64,000 bases of DNA from Leucoraja erinacea (taxonomy: Eukaryota), in contig NC_073382.1 of NCBI RefSeq assembly GCF_028641065.1, forward strand, positions 63,736,001-63,800,000, read 5' to 3'. This document shows positions 60,185-64,000 of the stretch, piece after piece (within the stretch, counting starts at the first letter, position 1; each line of letters starts with the position of its first letter). The notes under the pieces are model-generated. The model saw only the letters and a program-made list of their open reading frames with translations, made no database searches and was not told the DNA's origin. The position numbers were made by a program, and so were the translations under genes.

Positions 60185-60869
60185 ACCAGGTTTTTGAAAA
60201 TTAGAATGTGATCGCCCTGCAGACTCACTCAGCATTGCTTGTGGACTCACTCAGCACGGCTTGTGGATGCACTCACTCAGCACGGCTTGTGGACTCACCA
60301 CGGCTTATGGACTCACTCTGCATCGCTTGTGGGCTCACTCGCTTAGCAAGGCTTGTGGGCTTGTAGGCTCACTCACACTTACTCAGCACGGCTTGTGGGC
60401 TCACTCACTCGCTCACTCAGCAAGGCTTGTGGGCTCACTCGCTCACTCACTCAGCAAGGCTTGTGGGCTCACTCGCTCACTCACTCAGCACGGCTTGGGG
60501 ACTCAATCAGCACGGTTTGTGGACAATCAGCATGGGTTGTGGACTCACTCAGCGCAGCTCAGACTCAGCTCTCAGCCTCCAGTGCTTTTTATTCTCCTCG
60601 CCCCGGTGAATGACAGTGGGTGCCGGAGGGGTGTTACCTTCATGGTGACTGACAGGCGAGAAGACCAATCTGCTGATCTCGTGATCTTTCAAACCTTCAT
60701 AACTTTTGTAATATTCCACCGATCGGAACAAAACACTCTGCTTGGAGCAGAGGAGAACGGTGAGTAAGGTGGCGCAAATTCCTAGCAGTATAGGGTTCCA
60801 TTTTTGCGCAAATTTTAAAACAATGCAAACCGGAAGAGGAGAAGATGAGAGTTTTAGTAGTAGTATAGA
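60185..60869 (-). mobile_element. Second non-autonomous Helitron-like element (3' terminus not identified)
   Basis: Minus-strand 5' end A|TCTATACTACTACTAAAACTCT resembles that at 20408. Internal CCTTCATGGTGACTGACAGG is similar to 19614-19635. Contains a minisatellite. Left boundary uncertain. Confidence 0.65.
60222..60575. repeat. Minisatellite, variable unit of about 22-34 bp
   Basis: Repeats of CTCACTCAGCACGGCTTGTGG(A/G) with variable numbers of CTCA. Confidence 0.9.
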
Positions 60870-61025
60870 TGTATGCATTACTGTTTTTTGTATTTGCAAT
60901 ATAATTCTCTTTGTAAAATAATTATTTTGGAGCAGATATTATGTACTTGCACAAAGAGAACATTACTAAGTAAGAATTTTATGCATGATGTACCTTTTGA
61001 AGTAACGTTTATGATTTCCTCTTAG

Positions 61026-61195
61026 AACGGATACATATTCCAAAAGAGACTCTTAACACCGCCAGTCATTCTAAAACAACAGCATTATGCACAGTGTTTG
61101 AAAAACCAGATGGAAGACAAAAGACAAAGAGAGAACAGAAAGAAACAAGATGAAGATTTTCTGGATCGCTTAGAACAAGTACAGTTAGCTGAAGA
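61026..61195 (+). CDS. CCDC81: CCDC81 exon 11
   Basis: NGYIFQKRLLTPPVILKQQHYAQCLKNQMEDK...FLDRLEQVQLAE, similar to human LMDRLEQVQLTEE as recalled. TAG acceptor, GA|GTATGT donor. Confidence 0.94.
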
Positions 61196-61474
61196 GTATG
61201 TGTTTTCAATTCATTCTTGGAATATTAGTTACATTGTAAGGGAAGTATTTATGTCCCATCCAAAATAATCCCAAAGGCATTGAGAAACGACCATATTTAA
61301 CTTTATTTTGCAATAAAGCAAGGCCATATTTGGACGTCCATATTTAATTGCCCTTCAAAGATGTTGGTGCAACTTGAACCACCCCAATCCTTTTTATTGA
61401 AGGGACTCCCACAGTTAAATAAGGAATGCCATGGTTTTGACAATGAAATGTTGGAAATATATTTCTATCAGAAA

Positions 61475-61712
61475 AACTACACACTAGGGGCAATTTACAG
61501 TGGCCAATTAATCTACATACCTGAAAAAAAAAAACACAAAGTGCTGGAATAACTCAGTGGGTCAGGCAGCATCCCCGGAGGTCATGGATAGGCTGCGTTT
61601 CAGGTCGCAATCCTTCTTCAGAATCCATGTCTTTGGGATGTGGGTGGAATCCCAAACAACTGGAGGAGACCCATACTGTCACGGGGAGAACTCCACATGG
61701 ACAGCACAGAAA
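61475..61712 (-). mobile_element. HE1-like SINE fragment interrupted by a PLE terminal repeat (about 61524-61622)
   Basis: ACACTAGGGGCAATTT...CCAATTAATCTACATACCTG, then a pLTR, then ATGTCTTTGGGATGTGGG...GTCACGGGGAGAAC. Confidence 0.72.
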
Positions 61713-62195
61713 GTGCAACATGATCTCCCACATACAAAACCATACTGACTATATCTAATCAGCCCCTGTTTTCCAAATACATCCAATAGAATTCTCTTCA
61801 GGACAATTAGGGATGACCATTAAATGTTGGCCTTGCTCTCTCCTGAATGCACAACCATCTCTTCTCCACCCCAGCAACAGATGCTTCAATCATTACATTC
61901 ATGAACTCCTGAATTTTCTTCTGAAAGACTTCACAACTCTTACTTTCTACCTGAACCTAATCACCTATTATTTATTGAAAAACTTTCTCAAGTTCTATGG
62001 GACTTGGCTGTTCCTGCAAAATAGCTTGAATTATTTTGTTGCATTAAGGCACTTAGTGTGACAGCGTCATATTGTTTGTATGAAATATTTCGAGAATGCG
62101 CAAAACCTATTATTATCTTCATTTTCATCAATGCCAATTTTTTTTTTTTTTACCAATGCCCACATATTTTTAAAGGAATATCTTTTGTTTTTCAG

Positions 62196-62274
62196 TCTTG
62201 CTGTCCAGAGAGAAATGTATCTGAAAGAGAAACAGGAACAAAAAGAAGTCTATAAAATGGCACTGGATATACAG
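62196..62274 (+). CDS. CCDC81: CCDC81 exon 12
   Basis: (D)LAVQREMYLKEKQEQKEVYKMALDIQ, similar to human LAAQRAKFLKDK...YKRALDAQ as recalled. Canonical splice sites. Confidence 0.94.
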
Positions 62275-62699
62275 GTAACGGATTGTTCATTTAGAGTTAA
62301 GGCAATAAAATACAAAAAACAAATGAGAGAATTACAATTAGAGAAAGCTATACAGCAACTTTTGAGTGACAATTATTTGAAAAACACATCCTCCGGTTAG
62401 AGTGCAGTTACTGTAGGATTTCTTCAACTGTTACGATAATTCTATTTTCCCTAACAAACAATATGCAAACATAAAATCACATTATGATCAAGGTGTAAAT
62501 TTTACAAATGTCGATTTTTCTCTGGAAGTCAGTGTTACCTAAAGCAATTATCAGTGTGATAAATGGAGTATCTTACAAACATGCATCTGGGCTAAGAGAT
62601 GCCATGATTTGACTATTTGATTCTATTATTGGTTGTCACAAGCAGAAGTATTCCTTAGCCAATATAACAATTTCTCTTGATCAATGTAAAACATCGATA

Positions 62700-63190
62700 A
62701 AACTTACAAAGGGGCAGGGTGCCTGGGTGGTGGGAGACTATGTGCGAAATGCGTGCGTACTAGAGGGAGAGAGGTGATGGTGGTAAAGAGTAGGGGCCGG
62801 AGTTAGGGGGATAAATTGGAGAATTCAATGTTCATACTGTTGCCTTGTGTGCTACCCAAGTGGAATATGAGATGGTGTTCTTCCAGTTTGCCACATCACT
62901 CAGGTAGTGGAGGAGGCCGACTGAACTGTTGGTATGCGATTGGTAATGGGAAAAGGAGATAAAATGTTTAAGAGCTCCAGCAGACTTTCGCAGAAAGAGC
63001 GTAAGTGTTCGATACTATATCTAGTCTATACTCAGTCTCACTCAGGAGACTACATCAGAGACACTGAATGTAATGGACATGGCTGGAAGAGATGCACGTT
63101 AACCACTGTCAGCTGGAAAAGCTGCTGGGATTCCCAGGTTGGATGTGAGTGAGGTTTAAGGTGGTGTTAAATCTCCTGCAGTCGCAATAG
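62700..63190 (-). mobile_element. Decayed PLE endonuclease fragment
   Basis: AAATTGGAGAATTCAATGTTCAT...CCCAAGTGGAATATGAGATGGTGTTCTTCCAGTTT matches 40208-40290. Confidence 0.72.
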
Positions 63191-63554
63191 TTGATGGGTG
63201 GCAATCGCTGCATCAGAGATTACCCCCCCATGTGCAGATTATTGATTACAATTTATATAGATTAGCAATAAATTTTAAATTGATATTTACGATCTTAATA
63301 ACTATAAGACAAATAAATACTGTGAAACAACGTGGATTATTAATGAGAATTACATTCTGAGCAAGATCACAAGATAATAAAAGAAAATAACAGTCACATT
63401 TAGACAATGAAAAGTAAGTAAAAACACATTAGTTAATCACATTCTGTTTATTATTAAATAGTTTAGTCTGAAACCTGCCAACTAGTTAATACATTAGATA
63501 AAATGACAAAAATAGGTTATTCACAAATATAATTATTAGTTCTTCCATATATAG

Positions 63555-63778
63555 AGAAAAGAGAAATCACGTCAGCTGCCAGCATTTGTCCCTGATTCTT
63601 CTGGGCCAATTTTCGGTAGTTCTGACTTGCAAGGAAAGTCAGAAGAACAGAAGCAAGCTGCACGTAATCTTTATAAGGAGCAGGTGCAGGCTGCAGCTGA
63701 TCGTAAAAAATATGACATTCTGAATCAACTCTATGAACAGAAAGCGGCATCAGAAATACTGGAGAGAAACAGGAAAAG
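63555..63778 (+). CDS. CCDC81: CCDC81 exon 13 (gene continues beyond the window)
   Basis: RKEKSRQLPAFVPDSSGPIFG...KEQVQAAADRKKYDILNQLYEQK, similar to human SRLPPFEPDSSEPIFG as recalled. TAG acceptor, AG|GTAAGT donor. Confidence 0.93.
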
Positions 63779-63871
63779 GTAAGTCAAGGTTTACTTTCCA
63801 CATCTGATCTTCTTCACTTTTCACTTGCCTCTAATTCATAAATGTGCTTTTATTTTGGGGATGAATGTATT

Positions 63872-64000
63872 TAAAATTATGAGATGCATAGATAGGATAG
63901 AACATTTTTTCCATGGTGGAAATGTAAAAGTCTAGAGAGCATAGGTTTAAGGTGAAAAGTTTAAAGGGCAAGTTTGTTACACAGAGAATGAATGGTGGGT
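63872..64000 (+). mobile_element. CR1 fragment running off the window
   Basis: TAAAATTATGAGATGCATAGATAGG...TCTAGAGAGCATAGGTTTAAGGTGA. Confidence 0.65.

Noticed and set aside
60261-60767. 168-aa repetitive ORF
   Set aside because: Translation of a minisatellite that lacks stops. It is intronic and inside a Helitron-like element.

Overview
Eukaryotic vertebrate genomic DNA, not prokaryotic. The repeat content (HE1-like V-SINEs, many CR1 LINEs, Neptune-type Penelope elements) suggests a cartilaginous fish, probably a skate or ray (inference). Two + strand host genes are present: the last coding exon of HIKESHI (2848-2902) and coding exons 1-13 of CCDC81 (14185-63778). The CCDC81 exons total 1775 coding nt, all have GT-AG introns with compatible phases, and the gene runs off the right end. 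The HIKESHI-CCDC81 order matches the human arrangement as I recall it. Most of the remainder is transposable elements: CR1 LINEs of several ages, Penelope-like elements (PLEs) and many solo or fold-back PLE terminal repeats with minimal hammerhead-ribozyme motifs, two Tc1 copies, two non-autonomous Helitrons, a Vingi-like LINE, a hAT-like element in a multi-level nest, and a recurrent GC-rich non-coding family with a covarying 3' stem-loop. Nearly all long ORFs in the supplied track are TE fragments or their antisense shadows. I found no clearly new protein-coding system. The best leads are the hammerhead-bearing PLE modules (especially the inverted duplication at 38531-39145) and the GC-rich non-autonomous retroelement family. 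Family calls rest on recalled motifs, not database searches, and TE boundaries are approximate unless termini are quoted.
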